Source: an uncultured Bacteroidota bacterium (lineage in GTDB: Bacteria > Bacteroidota > Bacteroidia > UBA7662 > CAMTUB01). From it: a stretch of 64,000 nucleotides of DNA. The number at the start of each line of letters is the position of its first letter. Position 1 is the first letter of the stretch. Location: positions 9,738-73,737 of the forward strand of contig CAMTUB010000016.1 of assembly GCA_947084835.1 (NCBI GenBank). The letters are read 5' to 3'. A program made the position numbers and the translations under genes. The notes below the pieces were generated by a model. That model was not told where the DNA came from and made no database searches. It saw only the letters and a list, made by a program, of their open reading frames with translations. This document shows positions 20,808 through 31,268 of this stretch, in pieces.

Positions 20808-23138
20808 ATGTTCAAAAATAAATTACTTGTAACAGGTATTCTTTTCATCTTTTTGTCAAATGCACAAGGATTGTTTGCACAAAACTCGCAAGCATCTAAT
20901 TGGGTATTTGGTAGAGGTGCCGGTTTAAAATTCAACCCTACTAATACTATAGCATTAGAAACATCGCCCTTTTCATCTTTTGAAAATTGTGCAAGCGTTT
21001 CATCACAAAATGGAACATTTTTGTTTTCAACTAACGGAAACAGAGTTTATAATCGTTCATTTGTTGAAATGCCAAATGGTAAAGGGTTAAATGGTTCTGA
21101 GAATAATACTCAAGGGGTGGCAATCTTACAAAACCCTTCTAATCCATTTAAATATTACATTTTCACTGTAAACGCAACTACAGGCTTGTTTTATTCTGAG
21201 GTCGATATGAACTTAAATAGCGGCTTGGGCGATGTAGTGACTTCTTCAAAAAATACGGCTGTTTATTCTGGCCCTCTGGCTGAAAAAGTTGTAATTGCAA
21301 AGCATTGTACTCTAAATGAGTATTGGGTGATTGTTCATGGAAGAACAAATAATCAATTTAATGTTTTCAGAGTTACCGGATCAAGTGTTTCTAATTTCCC
21401 AGTAGTATCATCGTTAGGTTCGAGCCATTCTACTGGGAAAGGGTACATGAAAGTGTCTCCGAATAATAAAAAACTAGCAGTTGTACAATCAATCGCAGCG
21501 GCTGGCAACGCTATTGAATTGTTTAGCTTTGATAATTCTACAGGTTTAATAACTGCGCCACTGCCATTGCAATCATCAGGTGGAGAGTATGGAGCAAGTT
21601 TTTCTCCGAACAGTTCACGCCTTTTTGTTTCAAGTTCAAAAGATTCGGCAGGTGGTAAGGTAAACAGCATTTCTCAATTTGATTTACTCTCAACCAATAT
21701 AAGTGGTTCTAAAAGTGTAGTTATTCGTAGATTTAATCCAGTTCCAGGTGCTTTTGGTGCATTACAACTTGGTAATGATAAAAAAATATACGTTGCTCAA
21801 CAGTTTATAGATCGTGTACACGTTATTAATAATCCAAACGAATCTGCATCTAATGCAGGGTTTGTTGATAGTGCAATTTTTACACCAAATGCAACGGGTA
21901 GATTAGGATTGCCAAACCTAATAGACGATTGGTTTAAGGACTCTTTGAAGGCTGATTTTAAATACGACTTATCATGCAAGAGCAGCCCATTTCAGTTTAG
22001 AGATTCATCTTTTACTAACGTTCAAACATGGAATTGGGATTTTGGAGATATAAATTCGCCTAATAACACTGCATTTAATGCAACTCCAACGCATTTATTT
22101 ACCGATACGGGCTATTTCAATGTTAAATTAATTGTGTCTGATGGTTGTGGTTCAATTGCATCTGTTGAAAAATTTATTTATGTAACTTCTAGATTGCCTA
22201 TAGATTTCGAGCAGCCAGATACAGTAGGATTATGTGCTGGTCTATTTGTAAAATTAGTTGCAAACTCTGTAAACAATGCAACGTATCAATGGCAAAATGG
22301 ATCTCCTAACAATTGGGTGAATTTTACCAATCCAGGAAGCGATTATACGGTTATTACCCAGAGTTGGTATAGAGTTGTGGTAACTCTCCTAAATGGATGC
22401 TCGGGCTCAGATAGTGCTTATGTGTCCTTTAATGCAGCACCTCCTGTAGTTGATTTAGGGAAAGATATTCAGTACACATGTGGTAAAACACCAATTGTAC
22501 TAAATTCTGGTTTTCCTAATTTGCCAAACAGTTGGTCGACAGGTGATTCTACTCATATAATTTACGCTTTACAATCTGGAAACTATGTAGTTTCAGTTTC
22601 AGATAAAGGGTGTATTGTTAAAGACTCTGTTAAAGTTATCCGCGAAGGGTTTGAAACGTTAGATTTAGGCCCAGATAGAGGCTGGTGCGAAGGTAAAATA
22701 GAGGTTTTAGATGCTACAGGCACAGGAGATAAATATTTCTGGTCTGATTTCTCGCCATTTGAATCGATTTCTGTAACTGACACCGGAACATACTCGGTGG
22801 TTGTAACTTCGAACAACGGCTGTATTCAGAAGGATACGGTAACCTTATTTTATAATTGCCCATTTAGGTTGTTTATTCCATCTGCATTTACTCCAGATGA
22901 CGATAATTTAAATGATATTTTCAAACCATCAATTGATGCAACCGATTTTTATACATTTCAGGTTTTTGACAGACTTGGTAGGGAAATGTTTAAAACATCA
23001 GATCCTAAAGAAGGATGGAATGGGAAAGAAGGCTCTACTCTTTTGCCAGAATCAACATATACTTATTTAATCACCTATAAAGAAGCAGGTAAACTAAGGT
23101 TAAAAAGGAAATCAGGATTAGTTTGGTTAACGTATTAA
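20808..23138 (+). CDS. Secreted beta-propeller + PKD protein with type B T9SS (gliding motility-associated) C-terminal domain
   Basis: Signal peptide, NWVFGRGAGL, WNWDFGD (PKD), VDLGKD/LDLGPD Ig repeats, FIPSAFTPDDDNLNDIF...GWNG. Confidence 0.88.
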   Translation: MFKNKLLVTGILFIFLSNAQGLFAQNSQASNWVFGRGAGLKFNPTNTIALETSPFSSFENCASVSSQNGTFLFSTNGNRVYNRSFVEMPNGKGLNGSENNTQGVAILQNPSNPFKYYIFTVNATTGLFYSEVDMNLNSGLGDVVTSSKNTAVYSGPLAEKVVIAKHCTLNEYWVIVHGRTNNQFNVFRVTGSSVSNFPVVSSLGSSHSTGKGYMKVSPNNKKLAVVQSIAAAGNAIELFSFDNSTGLITAPLPLQSSGGEYGASFSPNSSRLFVSSSKDSAGGKVNSISQFDLLSTNISGSKSVVIRRFNPVPGAFGALQLGNDKKIYVAQQFIDRVHVINNPNESASNAGFVDSAIFTPNATGRLGLPNLIDDWFKDSLKADFKYDLSCKSSPFQFRDSSFTNVQTWNWDFGDINSPNNTAFNATPTHLFTDTGYFNVKLIVSDGCGSIASVEKFIYVTSRLPIDFEQPDTVGLCAGLFVKLVANSVNNATYQWQNGSPNNWVNFTNPGSDYTVITQSWYRVVVTLLNGCSGSDSAYVSFNAAPPVVDLGKDIQYTCGKTPIVLNSGFPNLPNSWSTGDSTHIIYALQSGNYVVSVSDKGCIVKDSVKVIREGFETLDLGPDRGWCEGKIEVLDATGTGDKYFWSDFSPFESISVTDTGTYSVVVTSNNGCIQKDTVTLFYNCPFRLFIPSAFTPDDDNLNDIFKPSIDATDFYTFQVFDRLGREMFKTSDPKEGWNGKEGSTLLPESTYTYLITYKEAGKLRLKRKSGLVWLTY

Positions 23139-23153
23139 TCTGTAGATATTTAA

Positions 23154-23208
23154 TATGCAGCGCATAAAAAAAGAGGAACTAAGTTCCTCTTTTTTTATGC
23201 GCTGCATA
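23154..23208. terminator. Long perfect inverted repeat / bidirectional terminator
   Basis: 27-bp arms TATGCAGCGCATAAAAAAAGAGGAACT with a 1-nt centre; right arm lies in the 3' end of the DUF3109 gene. Confidence 0.8.
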
Positions 23209-23754
23209 AGCCGATAATTGCTTATACCATTCTTCTCCAAACCTTTCGGTAAGTGGTGTTTTAAGGAATTTGTAAACTGGAACTTTGAGGCTTTCGCCAT
23301 TTGAACAAGCCGGACTACAAACATCCCACTTGTCATAGTTTACTGCTATAAAATTCGGATAATTCTTTAATCTAACTGGATATAAAAAACAAGAAATAGG
23401 TTTTCTAAAAGTGCTTTTCCCATCAATGAAAGCTTGCTCAATCATACATTTCCAAATGTCTTGTTCGTTTTTTCGCGCAAACACGCATTCTTTATCATTA
23501 ATAAGAGTAGTGCAAAGCTCATCATCAATATCTGTAGTGCAGAAACCAATTTGATTTATTAGCTTAACAGTAGACTCCTCTAAATAGGGTAGTATTGCTG
23601 GCAGATTTTGTTGAATTGATTTGATTTCACCATCATCTAATGGTGCGCCATAATCTCCTGCTTCGCAACACTGGCCTTTGCATGCAAATAAATCACAAAC
23701 GAATTTTGCTTCTAATACATCATCAGAAACTAGAGTATCTTCAATTATTATCAT
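23179..23754 (-). CDS. DUF3109 family protein
   Basis: FVCDLFACKGQCCEAGDYGAPL, KPISCFLYPVR, WDVCSPAC, RFGEEWY. Confidence 0.9.
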   Translation of the reverse strand: MIIIEDTLVSDDVLEAKFVCDLFACKGQCCEAGDYGAPLDDGEIKSIQQNLPAILPYLEESTVKLINQIGFCTTDIDDELCTTLINDKECVFARKNEQDIWKCMIEQAFIDGKSTFRKPISCFLYPVRLKNYPNFIAVNYDKWDVCSPACSNGESLKVPVYKFLKTPLTERFGEEWYKQLSAYAAHKKRGT

Positions 23755-23777
23755 TATAAAAGATTGTTAATGAACGA

Positions 23778-23819
23778 ATTAAAAAAAAGAAGCGGGCTAA
23801 CCCGCTTCTTTTTTTTAAT
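23778..23819 (-). terminator. Intrinsic terminator after the 1198-aa T9SS protein
   Basis: ATTAAAAAAAAGAAGCGGG-ctaa-CCCGCTTCTTTTTTTTAAT, 19-bp perfect arms. Confidence 0.85.
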
Positions 23820-23823
23820 GGTT

Positions 23824-26800
23824 CTATCTGAGAAGTGTGAAGGTTCCTTTAAGCTTATACGGATTACCATCTAGATCGGTGTACTCAACAAAGTACACGT
23901 AAACACCAATGGAGCACTGTTTGTCATTAAAATTACCATCCCAGCATTTGTTAATACTATTTGTTTCAAAAACTTTCTCTCCCCAACGGCTAAAAACTTG
24001 AAGTTTATAGTTTCCATCTGCGATAAAAGTGCCTTTTCCTCCAAAACAATTGGTATAATCGCCATCAGCTACAAATGCTGTTGGGAAATATATTCTTGGA
24101 GATTGGGTGAGGCATAAAATATTTGAAACCACGGTATCCTTCAAGTTGTATGGATTTCCTGGATTATCGTTGGCACGTATAAAGTAACAGAATTTGCCAT
24201 CAGAAAACTCTACATTAATCATGTTGTCAGGATATTCTTCTGAAAAAACTTCAACGATACTTTTATATTTAAACTCGTTATATGGAACCTTACGGAAAAT
24301 ACTATACGATTTAATTCCAGTTATAAATAGGTTATCGTTCCATTGCAACTGGTTTACAAAGTCAGCATTGGCCTTTCCTTTTAAACAAATGGTACTTACT
24401 ATGTTTGATGTTTGGGAAATAACATCGCATTTGTCTACCAATACCACTTGATAAAAATAGGATTGCAACGCTGGTTCAGCAGATTGGTCTATATAATAAA
24501 TCTGGGTAACCCCTTGAATTTGTGTAGCTTGTGAACGAGGTAAAGTTGCAATCGTTTCAAAATCAACGCCATTAGTGCTTCGCTGAATAACCACATCTTT
24601 AGTATCAGCTTTAGGATCCAGAATTACTGCAATTTTTGGTTTATTGATTACCGAATCGATGGTAGCGTATCTTAGATAAACATATTTCGAAGGAATAATT
24701 ATGTCAGCAGTTACACAATTGTAATTAGATAGTATTCTTTTACCATCATTTGCTAGGGCTAATACAGAATAGCAGTAGGTATTTCCATTTGTTAAATTAT
24801 CATCCACCCAAACAGAGTCTTCTGCAGGTAAAAGGGTATCTACATCAAAGAAAAAGCCATTGTTTTCACTTCTTAAAATTCTATATTCTTTAACACCTGA
24901 AGGCATTCCAACATACTTCGAGAAGTTAAGGGTTATTGTTGCGTCACATTTATCCATAACTACCTTGTCGAAGGTGGTGATATTGCTTTGTAATGCACCT
25001 GGAAGCCCAATGTTGCCGCAAGTGTCAATAGCAGCTACTGAAAAGTAATGAATTTCAGAAATTGGTAATGAGTTTACTACGTAAATTGTGTCGTTTTTAT
25101 TACAAATTGTATCAAGGGCTTGTCCAACAGTGGTTCCTCCTTGGTTTATGTTTTTGTAAACAACGTAACACCTAAAATCGCTTTCGGTCGCTTTTTTAAA
25201 GTGTACTTGAATTTTTTTATTAAGGGTATCTGTAGTAACGTAGTTAATGTCAACTTTTTTAGGTGGAAAAATATCTCTTACTACAACATTTTCGGTATCA
25301 GAGCTTGATGTGTATTTTAAGGGATCAAACTTATCGTAAACAGCAATTCTCAGGTTTATGGTATCGTTACAAAGAAAAGGAGGTAGTAAAAGGGATGTAT
25401 CGGTAGTAGTTATGTAAGTTCTCCAGTTTGTTTGTGTAGGACGTTTCCATTCAACAAAATAACTTCCTGTAGTTGAAATTGGCAATGAACCTCGTGGTGT
25501 AAATTTATTCCAAGTGATATAATTTTCTCCGTTTGTTGGGTTATAGACTGCATTAACCTTTAGCGCTGCAAGTGTGTCCGATGTACCTGTGGTATCGCCA
25601 AAACAGCTTGACATGATTTGGGTACAGTAATAGTAATCAGATGTAAAATAGTTGGCAGTTAAATCAGTAAAAGAAGTCTGATAGCCGCTAGTTATGGTTG
25701 ATAATAATGTGTATGGGCCAGTTGCCTTTGTTGAACGCCATACTAAAATTTTACTAAAAGAGGTTTCTTGACGTAATTTTGATTGCGCGTACGTTGAACA
25801 GCCAGGAATTAATATTCCAAGTCTAATCATAGAGTCAATTTCAAACTTCACATTCCCATTAGCAAGGTAATTGATAGATCTAATTTTAATGTCTTTTAAA
25901 ATTGGTGGTGGGAAAAGTTTTACTTTAATGCTTTGTACAATTCTACCTGGAACAGGGCATTGGTCATCTTTTGCAGTTACCGTAAAAACAAAATCCGTTT
26001 GTGATAGTCCGCAAGTATTGTTAGCAAGGTTGCTACAAGCGGTTATCCATTTAAAACGCGCTGTAGCAAATTGGGATCCTTCAAAACCGTAACCGATGGT
26101 AAATCCGTTGGACACAATTGGCAGAGGAGCAACAGTAGTATCTGGCCACCCACTAAGTGTAGCGCAAGGAGGGTAAGGACACCCTGTGGGTTGACTATAG
26201 TTTGTTCCAAAATTCAAACCGTTATAAAATATTGAAACTTTTTGTGCAGGAATTGCCGGAAAAAAGTCGGTTGCTTCCATTGTAAATAAAACGGTATCTC
26301 CAACAAAAAAGGATGCCTCGTATACATATTGTGGAGGATTACTTCCAGGAACCTCAAATGGTGCTTGAATTACTGGTGCTAACTGGTTAAATGGGTAACC
26401 AGCAGGTGGTGGGATAACCTGTAATTGAAAATCGCGTGTAATGGTAGAAATTAATTGGCCACATCGGTATGAGTTTACAGCAATGCTTGTTAGATAGTTT
26501 CCAAGCCTTAAGGCTCTAAAATATATTATACCACTAGCAGTATCAATTCCTTTGCCGTTTACCTGAACAACGCCAGGAAATGGGTAATCTAAATTTAGCG
26601 TTGGAAAACCAAAAATTGTGTCAAATCCGCAAGTTGGTGCAGTTGGAGGAGTGCCTGTTGGATCACCTCTCCATGGGTCAGCAATATGGTAGGATAATAA
26701 ATCACCATTATCTAGGTCAAATGCATTGTTGTTAAAATTGGTTACAACTGTTGGGTTAGTAATTTGAATTGAGGTTGGATTTTCAGAGAAAATGGGAGCA

Positions 26801-27420
26801 TTATCGCACAAAATACCCGGAGGTACTGCAGTGTTAGTTTTTGGGTCAACATAACGAAACATGAAACATCGTAAAACTAAGTCACCTACATTTTTACAAT
26901 TTTTAGTATTATCGTTAGGGTTTCGACAACAAGTAACATTGCAATAAAACAAATAGGGGGAATTTGCACCTGGAGCTGGAATAGTCATCATATTTACCGG
27001 ACCAGATTCATAAACAAACATGGAAATTGCTCCTCTTGCTGTTGAAGATCCACCAGTTGCAGGCGGATTGCAAACCAATGGTCCTAAAGTAGAGCCGATT
27101 TGTTGAGTACAAGCTGGAGAAATGTCTGTAGCTCCATTTATACCTGGTAGTCTGGTTAAGGTAATTGTAGCCATTCCTGGAACGCCAACTGCATTCAACG
27201 TCAATGTGTTAGCTGTAAAAGAAATGCCAGTACAATCTCTAAAGACTTTTACTTGAAAAATGTAGTTTCCACCACCACTACAACGGTAGGTGATTTCGCC
27301 TCCTATTAAGTGAGTCGCCTTACTTTTCATTGGTAAAATAAAAATCAACGAAAGGAGTAATATGCTTAAAATTCTGCTAAAGTATTGGTTGTCAGACATT
27401 TTTGTTGTTGTAATTCGCAT
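23824..27420 (-). CDS. Large secreted protein with FN3/Ig-like repeats and type B T9SS C-terminal domain
   Basis: KATHLIGGEITYRC N-terminus, CCRN, YxxxRS...YCY FN3-like units, IYFPTAF...FSRWGEKVF...WDG...GTFTLLR. Start may be a downstream Met. Confidence 0.85.
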   Translation of the reverse strand: MRITTTKMSDNQYFSRILSILLLSLIFILPMKSKATHLIGGEITYRCSGGGNYIFQVKVFRDCTGISFTANTLTLNAVGVPGMATITLTRLPGINGATDISPACTQQIGSTLGPLVCNPPATGGSSTARGAISMFVYESGPVNMMTIPAPGANSPYLFYCNVTCCRNPNDNTKNCKNVGDLVLRCFMFRYVDPKTNTAVPPGILCDNAPIFSENPTSIQITNPTVVTNFNNNAFDLDNGDLLSYHIADPWRGDPTGTPPTAPTCGFDTIFGFPTLNLDYPFPGVVQVNGKGIDTASGIIYFRALRLGNYLTSIAVNSYRCGQLISTITRDFQLQVIPPPAGYPFNQLAPVIQAPFEVPGSNPPQYVYEASFFVGDTVLFTMEATDFFPAIPAQKVSIFYNGLNFGTNYSQPTGCPYPPCATLSGWPDTTVAPLPIVSNGFTIGYGFEGSQFATARFKWITACSNLANNTCGLSQTDFVFTVTAKDDQCPVPGRIVQSIKVKLFPPPILKDIKIRSINYLANGNVKFEIDSMIRLGILIPGCSTYAQSKLRQETSFSKILVWRSTKATGPYTLLSTITSGYQTSFTDLTANYFTSDYYYCTQIMSSCFGDTTGTSDTLAALKVNAVYNPTNGENYITWNKFTPRGSLPISTTGSYFVEWKRPTQTNWRTYITTTDTSLLLPPFLCNDTINLRIAVYDKFDPLKYTSSSDTENVVVRDIFPPKKVDINYVTTDTLNKKIQVHFKKATESDFRCYVVYKNINQGGTTVGQALDTICNKNDTIYVVNSLPISEIHYFSVAAIDTCGNIGLPGALQSNITTFDKVVMDKCDATITLNFSKYVGMPSGVKEYRILRSENNGFFFDVDTLLPAEDSVWVDDNLTNGNTYCYSVLALANDGKRILSNYNCVTADIIIPSKYVYLRYATIDSVINKPKIAVILDPKADTKDVVIQRSTNGVDFETIATLPRSQATQIQGVTQIYYIDQSAEPALQSYFYQVVLVDKCDVISQTSNIVSTICLKGKANADFVNQLQWNDNLFITGIKSYSIFRKVPYNEFKYKSIVEVFSEEYPDNMINVEFSDGKFCYFIRANDNPGNPYNLKDTVVSNILCLTQSPRIYFPTAFVADGDYTNCFGGKGTFIADGNYKLQVFSRWGEKVFETNSINKCWDGNFNDKQCSIGVYVYFVEYTDLDGNPYKLKGTFTLLR

Positions 27421-27442
27421 TAGGTGAATGGTAAAAATAATA

Positions 27443-27982
27443 TTATTTATTAATAGTTAAAGAATCTTTTGTAAACCACTGACTATAAGCAATATAGTTG
27501 TTGGCTGTTTGTTGCATGGCAGTGATTTGTTCTTCAGTTAAGGGTTTCATTTTTTTTGCTGGCACGCCTGCATACATCCACCCACTTTCGCATGTTGTGT
27601 TTTCTAAAACAACAGCTCCAGCAGCGATAATTACGTTTTTTTCAATTCGTGAATTATCCATTATAATAGAGCCCATGCCAATCAAAACATTGTCGTGAAT
27701 AATGCATCCATGAACAATGGCATTATGCCCAATAGAAACATTGCTGCCAATATTGGTTTCAGTTTTTTGATAGGTGCAATGAATTACTGCCCCATCCTGA
27801 ATATTGGTATTATGTCCTATCGTAATTTTATTAACGTCACCGCGTATAACAGCATTAAACCACACCGAACAATTGTTTCCTAATATTACGTTTCCAACTA
27901 AGGTTGCGTTGGGTGCAATAAAAGTATTTTCTCCAATTGTTGGACTAATTCCGTTTACTGGGAGTATAACTGGCGTTGACAT
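27443..27982 (-). CDS. Gamma carbonic anhydrase family protein (YrdA/PaaY-like)
   Basis: NAVIRGDVN, NIQDGAVIH, IGHNAIVHGC, AGVPAK hexapeptide repeats. Confidence 0.92.
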   Translation of the reverse strand: MSTPVILPVNGISPTIGENTFIAPNATLVGNVILGNNCSVWFNAVIRGDVNKITIGHNTNIQDGAVIHCTYQKTETNIGSNVSIGHNAIVHGCIIHDNVLIGMGSIIMDNSRIEKNVIIAAGAVVLENTTCESGWMYAGVPAKKMKPLTEEQITAMQQTANNYIAYSQWFTKDSLTINK

Positions 27983-27984
27983 AT

Positions 27985-28953
27985 TTATTTTTTTCGATTT
28001 ATGGTAAACGCAACCAAGTTTTCAAGTGATTTTTTGTATTCTGATTCAGGAAAATCATTTAAAATCGCAAGTGCTTTCTCTTTATAGTATTGAATTTTTT
28101 GATTGGAGTAATCTATCCCTTTATGTTGAATTATAAAATTAACAACTTTTTCTAAAGAGCCTTTCTCATCTCTTTTATTTTTGATAATATTTATAATTTC
28201 TCTTTTTTGAGAGGATGTAGCATTTGACAACGCATGAATTAAGGGTAAGGTCATTTTTTTCTCTTTGATATCGGCTCCTTTAGGTTTTCCTGTATTTTCA
28301 TCACCAAAATCCAGCAGATCATCTTTTATTTGGAATGCAATTCCTACATATTCACCAAAAAGGCGCATTTTCTCTACCGATTCTTGGTCTGAATTTACAG
28401 ATGAGCTGCCAACTGCGCAGCAACTTGCAATCAAGGACGCAGTTTTGTTCCTGATAATTTCAAAATACACGTCTTCAGTAATATCTAACTTGCGAGACTT
28501 TTCAATCTGAAGCAATTCGCCTTCGCTCATTTTACGAACCGCATCGGATACTAATTTCAGCAAACCAAAGTCATCGTTATCCAGCGATAACAACAAGCCT
28601 TTCGATAACAAATAGTCTCCAACTAAAACCGCAATCTTGTTTTTCCATAACGCATTTATCGAAAACATGCCTCTTCTTTCGTACGAATCGTCCACAATAT
28701 CGTCATGAACTAGGGTAGCAGTATGTAGAAGCTCTACTAAAATTGCACCTCGATAAGTCGAGTCATTGATTTCACCTAATAATCCTGCACTTAAAAAAAC
28801 AAACATAGGTCGCATTTGTTTCCCTTTTCGTTTTACGATGTATTGGGTGATTTTATCAAGCAATGGCGCACGACTTTGCATTGCAGTTTTGAATTTCTTT
28901 TCGAAAAGAGTCATTTCTGCGCTAATAGGATGCTGTATCTCTGTTAATTTCAA
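27985..28953 (-). CDS. ispB: Polyprenyl diphosphate synthase (IspB-like)
   Basis: GKQMRP, HTATLVHDDIVD, KTASL, FQIKDD. Confidence 0.88.
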   Translation of the reverse strand: MKLTEIQHPISAEMTLFEKKFKTAMQSRAPLLDKITQYIVKRKGKQMRPMFVFLSAGLLGEINDSTYRGAILVELLHTATLVHDDIVDDSYERRGMFSINALWKNKIAVLVGDYLLSKGLLLSLDNDDFGLLKLVSDAVRKMSEGELLQIEKSRKLDITEDVYFEIIRNKTASLIASCCAVGSSSVNSDQESVEKMRLFGEYVGIAFQIKDDLLDFGDENTGKPKGADIKEKKMTLPLIHALSNATSSQKREIINIIKNKRDEKGSLEKVVNFIIQHKGIDYSNQKIQYYKEKALAILNDFPESEYKKSLENLVAFTINRKK

Positions 28954-29044
28954 GGGTGCGTTTTCGAAGCGCTAAAATAACCCAAATTTGCTGTTTTGGT
29001 TTACGTATTTGGGTATTAGTTTTGTAAAAATTGAAATTTACAAA

Positions 29045-29728
29045 ATGAAGCGATTATTTGCCGGGTTTGCTATCGTAGCATTTGCTACAATGTCGACCGT
29101 TTCTGTTGCCCAAAACACTAGAAAAATTATGGAAAATACTGTAGATACAGTAAGCTATAGCCTTGGTTTGCTTATAGCGCAAAACCTTCAAAGTCAAGGC
29201 TTTGAAGCGTTAAATTACGATTTGTTTATGACTGCTTTTAAAGATGCAATGATGGGCAAACCTTCGTTAATTGACCCTCAAGCGGCAAGTCAGTTTTTGA
29301 CGCAATACCAGTCAGAAATTAGCCATAAAAAAGGATCTGTTGCAAGAGAAATTGGAGAAAAGTTTTTAGCTGAGAACAAAAAGAAAAAGGGTGTAATCAC
29401 TCTTCCTAGCGGTTTGCAATACGAAATCTTAAAAGCGGGTAAAGGAGCAAAGCCAACTGCAACAGATAAAGTAAAAACGCATTATCACGGCACATTGATT
29501 TCAGGTGAAGTTTTTGACAGTTCGGTTCAGCGCAATGAGCCGGCTACTTTTGGTGTAAATCAAGTTATCAAAGGATGGACAGAAGCATTACAGTTAATGC
29601 CTGTTGGATCTAAATGGAAATTGTATATTCCTTTTGACTTAGCATATGGCGAGCGTGGTGCTGGTGGAAACATTGGACCATACAGTGCTTTAATTTTTGA
29701 AGTTGAATTATTATCTATTGAAAAATAG
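29045..29728 (+). CDS. FKBP-type peptidyl-prolyl isomerase (FklB/FkpA-like)
   Basis: VSYSLG, SGLQYE, HYHGTL, FDSS, VIKGWTEAL, LAYG, LIFEVELL; signal peptide from ATG 29045. Confidence 0.93.
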   Translation: MKRLFAGFAIVAFATMSTVSVAQNTRKIMENTVDTVSYSLGLLIAQNLQSQGFEALNYDLFMTAFKDAMMGKPSLIDPQAASQFLTQYQSEISHKKGSVAREIGEKFLAENKKKKGVITLPSGLQYEILKAGKGAKPTATDKVKTHYHGTLISGEVFDSSVQRNEPATFGVNQVIKGWTEALQLMPVGSKWKLYIPFDLAYGERGAGGNIGPYSALIFEVELLSIEK

Positions 29729-29735
29729 TTTTTAA

Positions 29736-29793
29736 ATATTCTGGAAACAAAAAATGGGTTCGCTTGCGAACCCATTTTTTGTTTCCAGAATAT
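29736..29793. terminator. Long perfect inverted repeat / bidirectional terminator
   Basis: 28-bp arms ATATTCTGGAAACAAAAAATGGGTTCGC with TT centre, between convergent genes. Confidence 0.85.
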
Positions 29794-29801
29794 AATTCGT
29801 T

Positions 29802-31268
29802 TTAGTTTAAAATTGGAAGAATATTTGTTTTTCTTCTTATCAACATCAATCCTATAAAGGTTATAATTCCATTTAAAAGCAATAATTCAAAACCAAATTT
29901 ATATCCACTAAACCAATTTTCTGAATTTAGATAGAATCCATAAGATAGAATTGGTGAGATAATACAAATTATTGGAACAAGCCTATCTCTAACATTCCAC
30001 TTTGTAAATAAGCTAAAAGCAAACAAACCTAGTAACGGGCCGTAAGTGTAACCGGCAACCCTAAATACTGCATTTATTACAGAGTCGTTGTTTACCTCTT
30101 TAAAAACAACTATGGTGAAAAGTAATAACACTGCAAATAATATGTGCACTAAATGACGGATCCGTTTTTGTTTCTTTTCTTCTTCTTTGTTTTCATCAAA
30201 TCCTAAGTAATCAATGCAAAATGAAGTGGTCAATGTAGTTAAAACAGAGTCTGCACTTGAAAATGTTGCAGCAGTAATTCCTAAAATAAATGCAATTGCA
30301 GCAAAAGTGCCAAGGTGGTTTAGGGCAAGCATCGGAAAAAGGTAATCTGTTTTTATAGGCAATTCAATGTTCATTTGTGTAGCGTAGGTATATAAAAGCG
30401 CACCAAGCGATACAAAAAATAAATTAACTAGTACTAAAACACCGCTAAACCAATACAAGTTTTTTTGAGCTTCTGGCAAACTTTTCATGCTCAGATTTTT
30501 TTGCATCATGTTTTGATCTAAGCCAGTCATAACAACTGCAATTAAAGCACCGCTGATAAATTGTTTGAAAAAGTAATTCTCTTTATGCCAATCCCAAAAA
30601 AATATTTTGGAATAATCTGATTTTACAATGGTTGATGTAAGGGTTGAAAAGCTTAGATTCAAATGAGAAGATATAGCTATAATAGAAAGAATTACACCAA
30701 TCAATAGCATTCCTGATTGCAAAGTATCCGTCCAAACTAAAGTTTTTATTCCTCCCTTGAATGTATATAAAAGTATTAGAAGGATAACAATAGTTACCGT
30801 TAGGTAAAATGGAATACCCCAATTGTCGAAAATAAATAACTGCAACACAATGGCTGAAATATAAAGTCGAAATGCTGCGCCTATTAAACGAGAAATAATA
30901 AAGAAAAACGAACCTGTTTTTTGAGAAACTGTTCCTAATCTGGTGCCGAGAAACGAGTAGATGCTAGTTAGTTTTAATCGATAAAATAAGGGCATTAACA
31001 CCAATGCAATGATTAAATAGCCTGGTACATAACCTAGCACCATTTGCATGTAAGAAAATTGGTCGTTCGCAACCTTGCCAGGAACCGACACAAAGGTTAC
31101 TCCAGATAACGAATCCCCGATTAGGCCAAAAGCTACTGCATACCATGGCGACTGTCTGTTTCCAATAAAGTAACCTTCATTTGTTGCATTTTTTCCTGTA
31201 ATCCAAGCAATAAGAAAAAGTGCCCCAAAATAAAGCACCATACACAATAAAATAATTTCAGGTCTCAT
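29802..31268 (-). CDS. Sodium:solute symporter
   Basis: SLSGVTFVSVPG, GGIKTLVWTDTLQ, GLDQNMMQK, YTYGPLLG; many TM segments. Confidence 0.92.
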   Translation of the reverse strand: MRPEIILLCMVLYFGALFLIAWITGKNATNEGYFIGNRQSPWYAVAFGLIGDSLSGVTFVSVPGKVANDQFSYMQMVLGYVPGYLIIALVLMPLFYRLKLTSIYSFLGTRLGTVSQKTGSFFFIISRLIGAAFRLYISAIVLQLFIFDNWGIPFYLTVTIVILLILLYTFKGGIKTLVWTDTLQSGMLLIGVILSIIAISSHLNLSFSTLTSTIVKSDYSKIFFWDWHKENYFFKQFISGALIAVVMTGLDQNMMQKNLSMKSLPEAQKNLYWFSGVLVLVNLFFVSLGALLYTYATQMNIELPIKTDYLFPMLALNHLGTFAAIAFILGITAATFSSADSVLTTLTTSFCIDYLGFDENKEEEKKQKRIRHLVHILFAVLLLFTIVVFKEVNNDSVINAVFRVAGYTYGPLLGLFAFSLFTKWNVRDRLVPIICIISPILSYGFYLNSENWFSGYKFGFELLLLNGIITFIGLMLIRRKTNILPILN

